Assembly: GCA_905178155.1 (NCBI GenBank)
Contig: CAJINV010000003.1
Span: 9,307,979 to 9,371,978 of the forward strand
DNA from: Amoebophrya sp. A120
Taxonomy: Eukaryota > Protista > Dinoflagellata
Direction: 5' to 3'
Length of the DNA: 64,000 bases
Shown here: positions 61,501 through 64,000 of the stretch, one piece after another
How the letters are laid out: each line of letters starts with the position of its first letter
Position numbering within the stretch: position 1 is the stretch's first letter
Translations under genes and position numbers: made by a program
The notes under the pieces: model-generated
Seen by the model: only the letters and a program-made list of their open reading frames with translations
Databases searched by the model: none
Told to the model about the DNA's origin: nothing

Positions 61501-64000
61501 CCAGATACCTATTTTGGCTCCACCGGCAACAGACGGGACGACGACGCCACCTGTAGCGACTACACCGGTGCGGCTGCTGGAAGTGACCGACCTGGGTCCG
61601 GAGGAAAGAGTAAGCAGCATGGCGATGGATGGTGATTATTTGCTGCTGGGAACGAGCACTGGTCGCGTCTCTCTGTATCGCCCAGCAGATGGCTCCTTCA
61701 TGCGCACAGTGCACAGCGATTGGCTCAGGGATCATGTCGCACGCCAGATCCGCCGTTCTGATGCGTCCGAGGAAGCTGCAGTCACGCTCTCTTCGTCGCC
61801 CTACGAAGACGACGAAGGGGCGTTGCTGGCCCTGGCCGCACGGGAATCGCAGCTGCGGCGCAATGACACAAACGATACCCCTGCCATCACCTCGACAGCA
61901 AGCGCAGCCTCTGCGGTTGCTGATCTGCGCCCGGTGCACGTGGAGCTGGTTTCGAGTGATGTGGCAGGAAGTCCAGCAGGTCGGGGGTACCGCCGCCGGG
62001 AGGTTCTGCTAGTCTTCCAACCTCTGGAGTCGAGCCGGATGGTGGACCCGGTTCGCGGAGTGCAGGAAGTTGTCGTGCTCTACAATTTGGCGGAGCTTGA
62101 GAGAGAGTTTTTCGCTTTGGACGCCAGTCAGCCAAACAAGTACCGCGCTGGCGCGGTGGGGATAGAAGGGACGCCGTTCGTGGCGAAACTCAGTCCGGAC
62201 TTTGGTTTTCCGGTGGACTTCGTTGTACCAACGGAAGGTGATCAGGGTGAGGCGGTTGCCGCCTTTCGACCATCTCGGGAAACGGCCACCCGCTACGGGC
62301 GCCGCACGTACGCCTCATCGGATGAGGCAGATGCACCCCAAGCGGTACGCGTTTCCACGTCCGTGCCTTTGCCACTGGATTTGTCTGTTAACTGCCTGTG
62401 GGTAAAAGCGACCGGGAACTTACCCGACGTTGATGCAGACTTTAGTACAAATGCGTTCCAAATCCCGACTCTCGGCACGCACCGCAGCTTGATGCGGCGT
62501 GAATACCTCTGCCCGACCCCGAGTACGTCGTCCTCCGCGGCGTCGATTTTCAAAACGCAGGACGGGGAGCAGATGTACTTGGGGCTCGTTTTGAGTCCGG
62601 ATTTGGACACAGGCCTCAAGTCGCCGCCTTACCTCCTCGGTCGCACGTGGCGTCGCTTCGACATGTTGCAAGCTGCGCCGGTGTGGCGGTCCGTGTTCCC
62701 GAAAACGGTGCCGTCGGTAGCGGGGTCTGGCTTTTCGCTTACCTTCTTTGGGACCGGGTTTCCGCACGACCGCGAGGCAGCCGCTTTGAACGCCCGGTGC
62801 GTGCTTTGGGACGCGGAAGAAGGACTGCGGACGTATGACGCGCTTCTCGTTTCAGACGAGCAAATGGTGTGCTTTTTCCCGCTAGGTCTTCCGAAGGTGG
62901 ACTTGTACGCCCATTTGTCGCAGCTGCAGTTTACTTTCCACGCACGAAATGAGTTCCGGAAGCAGCAGTATGATGTGGCGGGAGCGCAGCAGCAGGTTAG
63001 CAACAACTCGTCGCCGCTGGACGTCCGCCCGCTGCGGCCCTTTGAGATCACGGCATGGTCGCCCCCCTTCCTGATGCTTGGCGATGAGTCTCGAGAGGTC
63101 CGCAGGTCTCGCTTCTTGAAATTCAACAACGATACTCCGATGGCGACGGTGACCGAGCCCGCGGATGTGGAGCTCTATCCTGAGAAGGACGAGGAGCTGG
63201 TTTTTATGAAGGTCGCGGGACTCCCGGAGGATTGGCAAGCTCAGTCCAAAGCGTGGTACTGCGCGTGGGCGCCGCCTCACGTATCGCTTGAAGAAGCGCA
63301 CGCCGCCCGGGAGGACGAGCTCTCTTCTGAGGCCAGTCCGGCAGCGAAACGACGACAGCACATGACCCAGCCGCGCCCCTTCTTCAACTACAACAGCACG
63401 GATTTTGCTTGCGGCGTGCCCATCGACGCCGTTGCCACCCAGCAAACCCTACGGATGTTCCTACAACTCGGGGGTCCCCCCGTCGACGAGACGACTGGCG
63501 AGAAGCAAGCGTCCGGCCTGGAGGACCGCTATGCGAGTCGGTTTTTTGCGACCCGTGTTTCGGTCACGGTGCTGCCCCGAATCCGCGTACGCGAGGCGCA
63601 GAGGTCGCCGGTTCAAATTCCAAGCTCTGACCAGGGCGATTTGCTCGTCCGTTTTTTTGGGTCTGGGTTTGCCGCGAACGGCACAATTTATACTCGAGTC
63701 AAGTTGGATCCACATGCGGAAGTAGAAGCGCTGGAGCCTAGTACTGGTGTCTCCGAAAGCAGCAGTGCGGCGTCGCAGAATCGACCAGCGTTGACGCCGT
63801 ACGGAAACGTTTTCTACCCCTGCTACGCCGAAACTTATACGAGTCTTGCTTGCGTGCTGCTCGCGGCGGACCTTCCGCCGGAAGCTGACGGCCTCAAAAT
63901 GCCGCTGGAGTTGTGGTTGTACCCACAGGCTTTGACAGAGGAAGTAGAAAAGGCTCCGGCGGGTCGCTTGGGGTACGGACCCCAGAGCGAAGCGGCGTCA
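43547..64000 (+). CDS. Giant secreted or surface protein with many IPT/TIG-like repeats; 3' end lies beyond the window
   Basis: Large exons at ~43547-45454, 48243-~49810, 51390-52130, 53600-55889, ~57040-57801 and 58334->64000. Frame 2 is open from 58091 to the window end, which is why the ORF track omits it. Repeated motifs: SPKVGPWTGGTNITL; TPRSGPHEGGY; PTVRSVSP..IAVHGIGFRNTTELRCRIG; SVFPKTVPSVAGSGFSLTFFGTGF; SVDGGQHW and SLDGGDSW. Hydrophobic leader ALLFLSSLWILF. Confidence 0.8.
46238..46282. repeat. Tandem 23-nt duplication GTTTGCAGATGCGAGGRAGTGT near an intron 3' end
   Basis: Copies at 46238-46260 and 46261-46282, one mismatch. Confidence 0.9.
58089..58223. repeat. Degenerate ~52-nt duplication inside an intron
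   Basis: GAGGCCAAAATCTTCATGAGCTTCGAAACCTCCAACTTTCACGCCAACT versus GAAGCCAAAACCCTCACCAGCTTCGAGACCACCAACTTCCGCACCAACT, period 83. Confidence 0.75.

Noticed and set aside
58227-63725. Numerous minus-strand and off-frame ORFs in the track
   Set aside because: They are shadows of the long GC-rich plus-strand exon that is open to the window end.

Overview
This is eukaryotic, intron-rich nuclear DNA read in the standard genetic code. Gene content, unidirectional gene blocks and the many non-GT-AG introns point to an alveolate, most likely a syndinian such as Amoebophrya (inference). All recognisable genes from 1 to ~38.5 kb are on the minus strand: a WW/B-box protein, maspardin, a stand-alone PRMT3-type zinc-finger protein, gamma-tubulin complex GCP3, CSN5, a giant nucleotide-diphospho-sugar-transferase-like protein and some hypotheticals. 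A divergent strand switch follows, with an AT-rich island between two GC-rich shoulders (~39-42 kb). Then a giant plus-strand IPT/TIG-repeat protein gene runs off the window end. Three structures stand out. (1) A recurring class of non-canonical introns whose ends are brought together by intron-specific subterminal inverted repeats, often with short direct repeats at the junction; these are pinned by protein homology in maspardin, GCP3 and the WW/B-box gene. (2) An intronic element of seven ~18-nt repeats followed by two perfect back-to-back hairpins (852-1051). (3) The structured strand-switch region. Exon boundaries were worked out by eye and need RNA-seq confirmation.
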